From a virus (Duplodnaviria; Caudoviricetes): a stretch of 64,000 bases of DNA. The translations under genes were made by a program, and so were the position numbers. The notes under the pieces were generated by a model that saw only the letters and a program-made list of their open reading frames with translations, was not told the origin of the DNA and searched no databases. The stretch covers positions 1,540-65,539 of IMG/VR virus record IMGVR_UViG_3300028844_003248. One strand, written 5' to 3'. Positions 45,918 to 53,909 of this stretch are shown in pieces (position 1 is the stretch's first letter; every line of letters starts with the position of its first letter).

Positions 45918-46003
45918 GTGAGCATGGCGGAATAGGTAGACGCAACGGACTTAAAATTCGTTATCTTTATGGTGTGTGGGTTCGAGTCCCTCTGCTCACA
46001 CCA
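45918..46003 (+). tRNA. tRNA-Leu(TAA)
   Basis: GTGAGCA/TGCTCAC, long variable arm, CTTAAAA loop, CCA. Confidence 0.92.
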
Positions 46004-46009
46004 AATAAT

Positions 46010-46085
46010 GCACTCATGGCTCAAATGGTAGAGCAACTGATTTGTAATCAGTAGGTTGTAGGTTCGAGTCCTACTGAGTGCACCA
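46010..46085 (+). tRNA. tRNA-Thr(TGT)
   Basis: GCACTCA/TGAGTGC, ACTGA-TTTGTAA-TCAGT, CCA. Confidence 0.95.
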
Positions 46086-46105
46086 ATATAAAAAGGAGAA
46101 TATTT

Positions 46106-46483
46106 ATGGACCCATTTTTTGGATTCCTAATGATTGTGAGTGCACTTGTCACCTTTGATAAGGTGGAGACACTCAAAACAGAAAACGCAGTATTAGAAGA
46201 AAAAGTTGAAACACTCAAGTATGCTACAGAAGAACTCTACACAAGGCATGAGAATGTAGCAGAATATGTTGATGAGCAGTCAATCAAACAAGAAGAAGAT
46301 TTTATTCGGCTTGCGGCATCTCATGCTGCTGCGACTGCTCGTAGAAAACATGATATTGATGAAAATACATCCGATATTGGACAGATTGATATTGCTGTTG
46401 AATTGCTTGAACTTGAAGTAGAATATTTAATGGAAATGCTAAAAACTCAACAGCAGTCACAGCCAGAGCCAATTGATAAGTAA
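46106..46483 (+). CDS. membrane-anchored coiled-coil protein
   Basis: Hydrophobic N-terminus; AAGGAG RBS. Confidence 0.7.
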   Translation: MDPFFGFLMIVSALVTFDKVETLKTENAVLEEKVETLKYATEELYTRHENVAEYVDEQSIKQEEDFIRLAASHAAATARRKHDIDENTSDIGQIDIAVELLELEVEYLMEMLKTQQQSQPEPIDK

Positions 46484-47130
46484 TGCTACGCTATCAGAAA
46501 CTGGATTTGTTTCCTCAAGGTAAGTTTGATGAACTGGTCAAGGTTTACCACCACACGGTACCAGATCCTAATACCTTTGTAGATAACATGAAGAGCCATA
46601 GTTATCAATGGCCTCGTACAGGCATCAAGGTAGCACAGACTGAGTTTGATCTTGGACCACAGTTTCAGCCAACAGCATTCTTTATGATGAGCAAGCCATT
46701 TGGTCAGATGTCTCATATACATTTGGACCCGACATTGCAGTTCACTTTGAATATTCCGATAGCGGCACATCCATCAAAGGGTGCATATCTGGCACCTCGG
46801 TTTGACAGTCTTGATAACTATCCCAAACCATATCATATTAAGAGTCCTAGAATCGATGATCCTACATACAAGGGACCAAAGCAATGGGATGTTTGGGATT
46901 ATGATGCTAACCTTTTTGAGTATGTCAAGATGGATAGTCCGATACTCATCAACAACTGGTTACCCCATGCTTGGATGAACTACCACAGTGAGTGGCGAGT
47001 CGTCTGTAGCATATTTTTTAAAACAACCAACATCAACGAAGCACAGGAGATAGTAAGCAAATGGCAAAGTGGTCAACAGGTCAGACATCAACATGGGGAG
47101 AAGATCCCAGAAAGAAAGAAAGCGCAATGA
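46483..47130 (+). CDS. cupin/2OG-Fe(II) oxygenase-like protein
   Basis: HLD...PHAW; paralog of 10865-11449. Confidence 0.55.
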   Translation: MLRYQKLDLFPQGKFDELVKVYHHTVPDPNTFVDNMKSHSYQWPRTGIKVAQTEFDLGPQFQPTAFFMMSKPFGQMSHIHLDPTLQFTLNIPIAAHPSKGAYLAPRFDSLDNYPKPYHIKSPRIDDPTYKGPKQWDVWDYDANLFEYVKMDSPILINNWLPHAWMNYHSEWRVVCSIFFKTTNINEAQEIVSKWQSGQQVRHQHGEKIPERKKAQ

Positions 47131-47333
47131 AAGAACAACTGATCAAAGCATCATACATGCATGCAGAAGGTGATCTAGAACGTGCCAAGACAAACATCAT
47201 GGTCTATATGAATCAGTCAGTAGGCATTGGTGAGCACTCTGATGTAGTCGAGGCTATTCAAGAAGAACTGGATAAGATGGCTGCGGCACAAGATCGTATC
47301 GAAATGCTAGAACGCTACTTCATGGACAAATGA
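47127..47333 (+). CDS. conserved phage hypothetical protein
   Basis: VGIGEHSDVVEAIQEEL motif; alternative start at 47061. Confidence 0.7.
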   Translation: MKEQLIKASYMHAEGDLERAKTNIMVYMNQSVGIGEHSDVVEAIQEELDKMAAAQDRIEMLERYFMDK

Positions 47334-47806
47334 AAAAAGTAGCTATCACTGGACATCTAAATGGTCTTGGTAAAGCGTTGTTTCAGCGTTTGCCAAATGC
47401 TATTGGTTTTGACATTGTTGGTGGCTGGGATAGTTACGATATTACAAAAGACTACAATCGAATAGCCCAAAAAGCCCACGACTGTGATGTGTTTATTAAT
47501 AACGCATACGATGGTCGTGGGCAAATTCTTATGCATCACGCCATTGAAGAACAATACCAACATACCGATAAACTGATCATCAATATATCTTCACTCACGA
47601 CTGATCTATATCCAGATCGCAATGACGAGTATGCCCAAGTAAAGCGAGAGTTAGAAAAGATAAGTAGACATGCAAGGTGTCCATGTGAATGCATTCAAGT
47701 ACCTCTCATGAACACTCAACTCGCAAACGGAAAGAAGCATGCTAAAACTTACAAGATTAATGCTGACATTGTAGCAAAGGCAATCATTGAATGGCATATC
47801 TCCTAG
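47330..47806 (+). CDS. short SDR-like oxidoreductase
   Basis: ITGHLNGLG, VFINNA, IINISS, YAQVK. Confidence 0.75.
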   Translation: MKKVAITGHLNGLGKALFQRLPNAIGFDIVGGWDSYDITKDYNRIAQKAHDCDVFINNAYDGRGQILMHHAIEEQYQHTDKLIINISSLTTDLYPDRNDEYAQVKRELEKISRHARCPCECIQVPLMNTQLANGKKHAKTYKINADIVAKAIIEWHIS

Positions 47807-48429
47807 TCTCATTTGCATGGTGGATATTTCTATCCTCGGCAATCGTATCGGCAGGGTACCATCGGTACTTTGCCCATCGTGCTTTTAAGGCACCTATTTG
47901 GTATGAGTATATGGTCTTATTGCTTGGACCGCTTTCTGGTTCTGGTCCAGCACTTGGTTGGGTCGGTGTTCATAGACTGCACCACAACCACTCTGACACA
48001 GAACAAGATCCACACTCACCTAAATTTGTTCCAAAATGGAAGGTACTCACATCTATGTTTGATGTACCACCAATACCAAGAAAAGCAGTGAAGGATCTAC
48101 TGAGAAACAAAAGAGTGGTTTGGTTCTATAAGAAACACAAGCCAATACGTCTTCTCGTTTTCATTTTATTTCTTTTAATCACTGGTCCGATCTGGACCTT
48201 TTGGTTATTCATCATGCCTATGGTGTATGGTTATGTTGGTTATGGTTTACTTAATACATATTGTCATAGCAAGGAAACTGTAAGAAACTTGTGGTGGGCA
48301 AACATACTTACTGGTGGAGAGGGTTGGCATGCAAATCACCATGAAAATCCAAGAGACTGGAAAATAGGCAAAGAATGGTATGAATGGGATTGGGGAGCAT
48401 GGTGGATACGTTTGATCAAAAAATCTTGA
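47791..48429 (+). CDS. membrane fatty acid desaturase (delta-9-like)
   Basis: His boxes HRYFAH, HRLHH, HANHH; DPHSP; GEGWH. Confidence 0.9.
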   Translation: MAYLLVSFAWWIFLSSAIVSAGYHRYFAHRAFKAPIWYEYMVLLLGPLSGSGPALGWVGVHRLHHNHSDTEQDPHSPKFVPKWKVLTSMFDVPPIPRKAVKDLLRNKRVVWFYKKHKPIRLLVFILFLLITGPIWTFWLFIMPMVYGYVGYGLLNTYCHSKETVRNLWWANILTGGEGWHANHHENPRDWKIGKEWYEWDWGAWWIRLIKKS

Positions 48430-48986
48430 CTCTTGAAGAATATGGTACACTTAGTTTTGAAAAAGAGTTGAAAAGACTCGGTGCCGAAGCTAATGTGTAT
48501 GATAAGAAAAATTCAGAGTGGTTTGATATATTACCAACCACCTACAAAAAATACATTGATTGGTTCTTCTTGTTTGATGGAGACAATCCTGTAGCGTTCT
48601 CTACCGTACAAAAGTATTACAGTGGCTGCTATAGGGTACTGACACGCACCTACATCTATCGAGACTATCGACGGTTCACTAACCCAAAGCTGGACACGTA
48701 CCTTAGTCCTACCATGAGACTACTGCCATATCAGCTAGAGTATCTGACAGGCTACGACACAGTGTTCGTTTCGATGCAAGGAACCAACAGACGAAACGCC
48801 CTCAAAAGATTTCAAAACAAAATAGAGCACCACACCAGAGACAAATGGCATCTATCGAGCCGTATGCTACAGACCTGCGGTGGTGGTGCAGACTGCTGGC
48901 AGAATGTGATATATAAAGGTATGCCACCACAACTTAACGATATGAGTATAGAAGAATATGACCGAATGTTTAATCGCACAGACTAA
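48399..48986 (+). CDS. hypothetical protein (possible GNAT-like fold)
   Basis: ORF in the operon; RVLTRTYIYRDYR. Confidence 0.55.
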   Translation: MVDTFDQKILTLEEYGTLSFEKELKRLGAEANVYDKKNSEWFDILPTTYKKYIDWFFLFDGDNPVAFSTVQKYYSGCYRVLTRTYIYRDYRRFTNPKLDTYLSPTMRLLPYQLEYLTGYDTVFVSMQGTNRRNALKRFQNKIEHHTRDKWHLSSRMLQTCGGGADCWQNVIYKGMPPQLNDMSIEEYDRMFNRTD

Positions 48987-49605
48987 GAGAAAAAGGGTCG
49001 GGGGTACTGGTCCACGACGCAACAAACTGCTTACTATGTGTAAGCTGGGAGACGCTCCGACACGAGTTGTGGACGAACTGAACTACATCCTTGACACTCA
49101 TAGTGGTAATGACATAGGGGGAGATGACTACGGGATCTCTCAGAACTGCGACTATGAGGAAGTATTCAACGTACAAGACAAGTATAGACAAGTACTACTA
49201 CAGAAGAAGGCGCTGGGCAACAGTGATGATGTAGACGAATACTTGTATACAGAGTGGGACGGTAACTATGTGGTACGGTATACACATCCGTATATACAGA
49301 CGTTATTTAATAATGTTTATCGGTTTCGCTTGAGCGAAATGCAAGGGGATCACGAGTTAAACTGGCACATCGATGCCGATACAAGTGTGATTTGTAGAGC
49401 ACAGATATGCTTGACTGATAGCGAATCGCTGCTGGAGTTTCGTGATAAGAGTGGTGTACACAAGCTACAGATGAAGAAAGGGGAGGTGTGGTTCATCAAT
49501 ACAGGGTGGAATCATAGGGTCGTCAATGGCAGCAATCTGAGACGAAGTGCCATATTGGGGTTTCATTATGAGGATCTCAAGAACAAGAGTTTGATCGATG
49601 TCTGA
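48958..49605 (+). CDS. 2OG-Fe(II) oxygenase (Asp/Asn beta-hydroxylase-like)
   Basis: RFRLS..WHID..GEVWFINTGWNHRVVN..R. Confidence 0.75.
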   Translation: MTECLIAQTKRKRVGGTGPRRNKLLTMCKLGDAPTRVVDELNYILDTHSGNDIGGDDYGISQNCDYEEVFNVQDKYRQVLLQKKALGNSDDVDEYLYTEWDGNYVVRYTHPYIQTLFNNVYRFRLSEMQGDHELNWHIDADTSVICRAQICLTDSESLLEFRDKSGVHKLQMKKGEVWFINTGWNHRVVNGSNLRRSAILGFHYEDLKNKSLIDV

Positions 49606-50203
49606 GGCGTTCATGATAAACTTGCTTGATCGAGTCGCCACGTATGCATGGGCAGGTCGTGTAGACAATTTAGAGTGCTTTCGTAAGGGGCAGATCCAGA
49701 GCAAGAAATGGCTGGTATACGAGATCACCAAGTTTCAAAAACATTTTAAAAGAGTAGCGGTATTGGGTAGTTGGGATGCTATCCTTCTCTATGAACTGAT
49801 GAATAAGGACGCCACGGTCGAGCATTGGGACTTCTATGATATCGATGGGGGATGCCACAAGAGACGTGATATATATTTTGATGTGAACGGAATGGCACCT
49901 AACTATACCTCTATTCACGAGGACGTAGAGACGTTGTTTGATTCTCCTAGTATTTGTTCACAGTATGACCTCATTATCAATCCATCGTGTGAGCATATGA
50001 AAGATATCCCTGCATGCGCTGGGCCTCTGTATGCACTGACTTCGAACAACTATGACAAGCTAGAAGAGCATATAAACACCATTCAAGACTACCGTGATTT
50101 GGCTATAAAGAATCATATAAATAAAGTACTATATGAAGGTGAGTTAAGACTGCCTTTATACACAAGATATTGCACAGTAGGATACCACGAAGATGACAGA
50201 TGA
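49598..50203 (+). CDS. SAM-dependent methyltransferase-like protein
   Basis: QIQSKKWL, VLGSW, YDID, INPSCEHM, SNNY. Confidence 0.65.
   Translation: MSEAFMINLLDRVATYAWAGRVDNLECFRKGQIQSKKWLVYEITKFQKHFKRVAVLGSWDAILLYELMNKDATVEHWDFYDIDGGCHKRRDIYFDVNGMAPNYTSIHEDVETLFDSPSICSQYDLIINPSCEHMKDIPACAGPLYALTSNNYDKLEEHINTIQDYRDLAIKNHINKVLYEGELRLPLYTRYCTVGYHEDDR
50116..50123 (+). promoter_or_regulatory. T4-type late promoter
   Basis: TATAAATA 70 nt upstream of the ORF at 50193. Confidence 0.5.
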
Positions 50204-50456
50204 TATATTCGATTTTGGCTTTACAGCCGTCACAGAAGATGAACTCACTACTGTACAAGAAGCAAATAAAACTGCAATAGCACTTAGTGAACAGACTGAT
50301 AATAAACAGAACCAACTGGATTCCCTCTATAATGCTATTATGCCCCTTCTGAATAACCTCAAAATGAATCCAGAAAAAGACTATATTCTATGGCCCAATC
50401 GTTTGGCAAAGGTAGAAGAGTTTGAAGATCATTTACAGAAGATATACAAAGGATGA
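50193..50456 (+). CDS. conserved T4-like hypothetical protein
   Basis: DFGFTAVTEDEL..PLLNNLK.NPEKDYI.WPNR. Confidence 0.75.
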   Translation: MTDDIFDFGFTAVTEDELTTVQEANKTAIALSEQTDNKQNQLDSLYNAIMPLLNNLKMNPEKDYILWPNRLAKVEEFEDHLQKIYKG

Positions 50457-50462
50457 ATAGTT

Positions 50463-50726
50463 ATGGTAAATACAATGTGGTCGGCATTGCTGCTTATATG
50501 CGCAATCGATTCCGATGGTGAATTCAAAGAAGAACGTCAGTGTACAGCAATTGTGAGCCAGCAGGTCTGGCGTAATGAAGAATCTTGTATGAATGGTATT
50601 GCTCAAGGGTTTAACTCTCAGTTACAAATGCCAACTTCAAGAGCGTTCTCTATACGAGATTTTGCTTGCTTTGAATGGGAACGGCAGAGGCATGTAACTC
50701 CTGACGGTGATGATTCCAAGCTATAG
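50463..50726 (+). CDS. small secreted/membrane Cys-containing protein
   Basis: MWSALLLICA signal-like segment; 4 Cys. Confidence 0.65.
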   Translation: MVNTMWSALLLICAIDSDGEFKEERQCTAIVSQQVWRNEESCMNGIAQGFNSQLQMPTSRAFSIRDFACFEWERQRHVTPDGDDSKL

Positions 50727-50757
50727 TGTTCCCCCCTGTTCTGAAGGCTGACACCTT

Positions 50758-50786
50758 ATTATACACTGATTCGGCAACATTGTCAA
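50758..50786 (-). promoter_or_regulatory. minus-strand promoter with CGAATCA; no obvious ORF downstream
   Basis: TTGACA-17 bp-TATAAT. Confidence 0.8.
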
Positions 50787-50799
50787 GCAATCTTTTTAT

Positions 50800-50828
50800 T
50801 TGACAGAGTGCGAATCATATGCTATAGT
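50800..50828 (+). promoter_or_regulatory. early promoter with CGAATCA
   Basis: TTGACA-17 bp-TATAGT. Confidence 0.8.
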
Positions 50829-50860
50829 ACTGAAAGAAATGATCAGTTAAGGAGAATCAT

Positions 50861-50986
50861 ATGACTGACTTCGAATGGGAAGTGATCGAAGATATGTACA
50901 CTTGGGCAGATGCCACAAACTTCGATATTGAAGCGGATCGGAAAATGATGATCGATGCGTATTGGAAAGATTACTTTTGGGCTTGA
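50861..50986 (+). CDS. small acidic hypothetical protein
   Basis: AAGGAG RBS; MTDFEWEVIEDMY... (41 aa). Confidence 0.65.
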   Translation: MTDFEWEVIEDMYTWADATNFDIEADRKMMIDAYWKDYFWA

Positions 50987-51011
50987 CACCCTAAGCGAAT
51001 CAGTGTATAAT
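50983..51011 (+). promoter_or_regulatory. early promoter with CGAATCA
   Basis: TTGACA-17 bp-TATAAT. Confidence 0.85.
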
Positions 51012-51038
51012 AATAGCGAATCATGAGAAAGGAATCAC

Positions 51039-51329
51039 ATGCTCACTGAAACTCAAATGGCTGACCGTCTTGCGATGATCAAAGAAGGTGCTGAGAAGCA
51101 TAATCGTCAGAGTGTTTTGAAGGCAAGTCTTGCAAAGAAAGCATCTGCTGTAAAGGGCTGGATGGATGAGGTTGAGAAACCTGCCAAAGCGCCTACTCAG
51201 AACCTTACTGAGAAGTACGATGGTTACAATGAGAACCATTATACGGATGCTTCAAAGTATGCCAAAGAGCACTATGGTGAACGCTATAATCAGACCACTC
51301 GGTTTGATAATGATTGGGGAGATTACTAA
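51039..51329 (+). CDS. hypothetical early protein
   Basis: AAGGA RBS. Confidence 0.7.
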   Translation: MLTETQMADRLAMIKEGAEKHNRQSVLKASLAKKASAVKGWMDEVEKPAKAPTQNLTEKYDGYNENHYTDASKYAKEHYGERYNQTTRFDNDWGDY

Positions 51330-51535
51330 TGTCTGATACCTATTTCGGTAAAGGGTCATCGGATACTGCACAGCTTGAAATGCGGATTCACCGCTCGAAT
51401 GACAAGATCAGTGATCTTAAACATCAGCTTAAAGAAGTACGAAAAGATGTACTCAAGCTGAATAAAAAGGTAAATGACTTGTTGGTAACATTAACCGATG
51501 AAACCTTGGTAACATTAACCGATGAAACCGAATGA
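51329..51535 (+). CDS. coiled-coil hypothetical protein
   Basis: TAATG coupling. Confidence 0.6.
   Translation: MSDTYFGKGSSDTAQLEMRIHRSNDKISDLKHQLKEVRKDVLKLNKKVNDLLVTLTDETLVTLTDETE
51482..51529 (+). repeat. 24 bp tandem duplication
   Basis: TTGGTAACATTAACCGATGAAACC x2. Confidence 0.95.
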
Positions 51536-51695
51536 ATCGTTCAAATTAACTGTCGATGATATTGACCTTATTGAGCATGCTCTCAGAAAGGCGATGATTG
51601 ACAATGAGGAGCAAGCGAGTCTTATTGTGGACTTGCTTGCTCGTATTCACCACCAGAAGAACTGGTACAGACCTAAAGAATATATCGGAGGATAA
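51522..51695 (+). CDS. small hypothetical protein
   Basis: MKPNESFKLTVDDIDLIEHAL..HHQKNWYRPK (57 aa). Confidence 0.6.
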   Translation: MKPNESFKLTVDDIDLIEHALRKAMIDNEEQASLIVDLLARIHHQKNWYRPKEYIGG

Positions 51696-51699
51696 CTAT

Positions 51700-51966
51700 A
51701 TGATGACACGTAATGAAATGATGGAAATGCTTCAAGCAAGCACTTGCCAGGTTGATTTCACAAAAGTAAATGGAGACACACGCAACATGACGTGCACACT
51801 TCGTGAGGATATCATTCCAGCACCAACTAAATCAGAACCCATTACACAGAAGGCAGTACGTGCGGTAAATGAAGAAGTGATTCCAGTATGGGACGTAAAA
51901 GCCGAAGGATGGCGCTCTTTTCGTGTGAACTCTGTTACTGGGTTTAATGCGGTATCGGGCGCATGA
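51700..51966 (+). CDS. WYL-like/SH3-fold protein conserved in T4-like phages
   Basis: VDFTKVNGDTRNMTCTL..VWDV...GWRSFR. Confidence 0.8.
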   Translation: MMTRNEMMEMLQASTCQVDFTKVNGDTRNMTCTLREDIIPAPTKSEPITQKAVRAVNEEVIPVWDVKAEGWRSFRVNSVTGFNAVSGA

Positions 51967-52217
51967 TCATGGATTGGTTTCTAGTCGCATATACAGTCGG
52001 CATTTTTGGATGCGCTTTTATGATGGGTAGAAACACCATTAACTTTTCAAAACAGTTAGAGGATTCGGTTGAGGTTACAATCGATCTTCTAGCCTCGAAG
52101 GGTTATCTACGTAAACGATATGAAGACGGTGAATGGCATCTAGTCGAACTCAAAGAAGTTTATAAAGAAGGATATGATGCTGCTACAAAAGGGAGTTGTC
52201 GTGAAAAACTACGTTAA
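51963..52217 (+). CDS. membrane protein, hypothetical
   Basis: N-terminal TM segment. Confidence 0.6.
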   Translation: MIMDWFLVAYTVGIFGCAFMMGRNTINFSKQLEDSVEVTIDLLASKGYLRKRYEDGEWHLVELKEVYKEGYDAATKGSCREKLR

Positions 52218-52485
52218 AGAGCATTTCGAAAAACACCCTAGGGCGGATAGTGAACCAAGGCCCGCAATAGTTTGTGCAGATGGTACTAGGTATTCTGTGC
52301 AAGCGTCTCGGGGCCACTATTGTACACCTAGGGAGGACAACGCCCCCGAATATTCCAGTGTTGAAGTATTTGGACCATTTACTGTTGAGCCCGAAGGTTG
52401 GGTGTCTGTTAGACTCGTCAACCAAAGAATCAAAAGACACGGGGGGTTGACATATAACGCAGGAAATGCTAGAATCGAATCATAA
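52201..52485 (+). CDS. conserved phage hypothetical protein
   Basis: CADG..SVQAS..HYCTPR..SVEV motif; GTG start after GGGAG. Confidence 0.7.
   Translation: MKNYVKEHFEKHPRADSEPRPAIVCADGTRYSVQASRGHYCTPREDNAPEYSSVEVFGPFTVEPEGWVSVRLVNQRIKRHGGLTYNAGNARIES
52447..52475 (+). promoter_or_regulatory. sigma70-like promoter
   Basis: TTGACA-17 bp-TAGAAT; CGAATCA immediately downstream. Confidence 0.75.
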
Positions 52486-52496
52486 CTTGAGGAGAA

Positions 52497-53618
52497 ATGC
52501 ACATGGCATTACGTCGTAAGAAAAAAGTTCCTGTAGTACGTCGCACTGGTTTAGCCGCAGCACCAACGGATTCGTATCGTTGGTTTGCGTCTTATGTTCG
52601 ACTTGAAGTAGATAAGAAAGATATCGCTGGTATCCTTCGTAACTACATTCGTAATAACTTTGATGGTGAGTTACGCAAGTTTCTTTTGAGTGGTCCTGAT
52701 TGGATCTATACCAGCAAGTATGATACCGCTGCTATGATTGAGTGGGTCATTAATCGTGGTAATAAAGAACCGAAAGGCTACTCAGTCGAAGAGGTTACAA
52801 AACGCTATGTCTCTGAAGTCAGTGATTGGTGTAAGAGGAAACTCGAAGAGCGTAGTGCTTCTGAAGAGGTAGAGGAGAAACCAAAGGTTCCTCAGTTGAC
52901 TCCTCTCGAACGTACTCAGCGTGTTGGTCGTCATCTGATTGCTGACATCGAAGGTATGATCGATACGTGGGAGAAGCATCGAGACGCTAACATCTATGAC
53001 AAGCTTGTGAGTGAACAAGTCTCATTGGTCGGTGCTCAGATGGTGATGAAATATTACCAGCCTCTGAAGGTGGAACTCGAAGAGTTGGTGAATACCAAGA
53101 CACCTGATCTGGTGGAAGGCTATAAGAATATGACCGTGAAGCAACAGAAAGGGTTGCTCGAATGGATCACTATGGTGATTGAAGATACCGAGAAGTATAT
53201 TCTTTCCAAGAAAGCAACTCGTGCTGTTCGTAAGCCTCGTGTGAAATCTGCAGATAAACAAGTAGTGAAATTGAACTATCTGAAGGCTTCGAAAGAATAC
53301 AAACTCAACTCAATCAATCCTATGTCGATTGTGGGAGCGATGCGCTTGTATGTATTCAATGCAAAGTACAAGACCATCACTGAGTACGTATCAAACAGTC
53401 GTAAAGGCTTTGAGGTGAAAGGATCAACCCTGCAGAAGGTGGATCTTGGACAGTCTCGAATGACTACACTGCGTAAGCCAGAAACAAGTCTGAGTGTATT
53501 CCAAAAGAAAACGATCAATCAGATCAACAAGCATTGGAGTTCGCTCACTACTAAAACCAAAGTGCCAACGGCACGTATTAATAAGGAGACAATACTCTTG
53601 AGGGTCAGCGATAAATGA
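52497..53618 (+). CDS. conserved T4-like hypothetical protein
   Basis: 373 aa; SINPMSIVGA..VKGSTL..TLRKP..RINKETILL. Confidence 0.7.
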   Translation: MHMALRRKKKVPVVRRTGLAAAPTDSYRWFASYVRLEVDKKDIAGILRNYIRNNFDGELRKFLLSGPDWIYTSKYDTAAMIEWVINRGNKEPKGYSVEEVTKRYVSEVSDWCKRKLEERSASEEVEEKPKVPQLTPLERTQRVGRHLIADIEGMIDTWEKHRDANIYDKLVSEQVSLVGAQMVMKYYQPLKVELEELVNTKTPDLVEGYKNMTVKQQKGLLEWITMVIEDTEKYILSKKATRAVRKPRVKSADKQVVKLNYLKASKEYKLNSINPMSIVGAMRLYVFNAKYKTITEYVSNSRKGFEVKGSTLQKVDLGQSRMTTLRKPETSLSVFQKKTINQINKHWSSLTTKTKVPTARINKETILLRVSDK

Positions 53619-53839
53619 CAGAATTTTTAACAAAAGCAGTTTTTACCAGCATGGTTGAGAAAGCCGTGCTGGACACGAAGATGTCCTACATGGATGCCAT
53701 CTTATCTATTTGTGATAAGAATGATATCGATCCAGAGGGTGTAAGAAAGTTTATTTCGGCCCCGATCCGAAGTAAAATCGAAGCAGAAGCAAAACGATTA
53801 AACCTTCTACCAAAAGAAAGTGAGTTGGAGTTCGAATAA
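53615..53839 (+). CDS. gp33: late transcription coactivator
   Basis: SYMDAI..C....ID.E...K.IS..I..KIEAEA..LNLL; adjacent to gp32. Confidence 0.85.
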   Translation: MTEFLTKAVFTSMVEKAVLDTKMSYMDAILSICDKNDIDPEGVRKFISAPIRSKIEAEAKRLNLLPKESELEFE

Positions 53840-53843
53840 AGTA

Positions 53844-53872
53844 TGGACGAATCAAATATACTATGTTATACT
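53844..53872 (+). promoter_or_regulatory. gp32 promoter with CGAATCA
   Basis: TGGACG-17 bp-TATACT with TG extension. Confidence 0.65.
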
Positions 53873-53909
53873 TCAGTAATATTACAGCACATATAAGGGA
53901 AAATAAAAT

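Noticed and set aside
45469-51529. Short direct repeats and repeated promoters as a CRISPR array
   Set aside because: Only two adjacent copies each, no spacers, and no cas genes
53873-53909. T4-like gene 32 autoregulatory pseudoknot
   Set aside because: The leader is short and A/T-rich with no convincing stems
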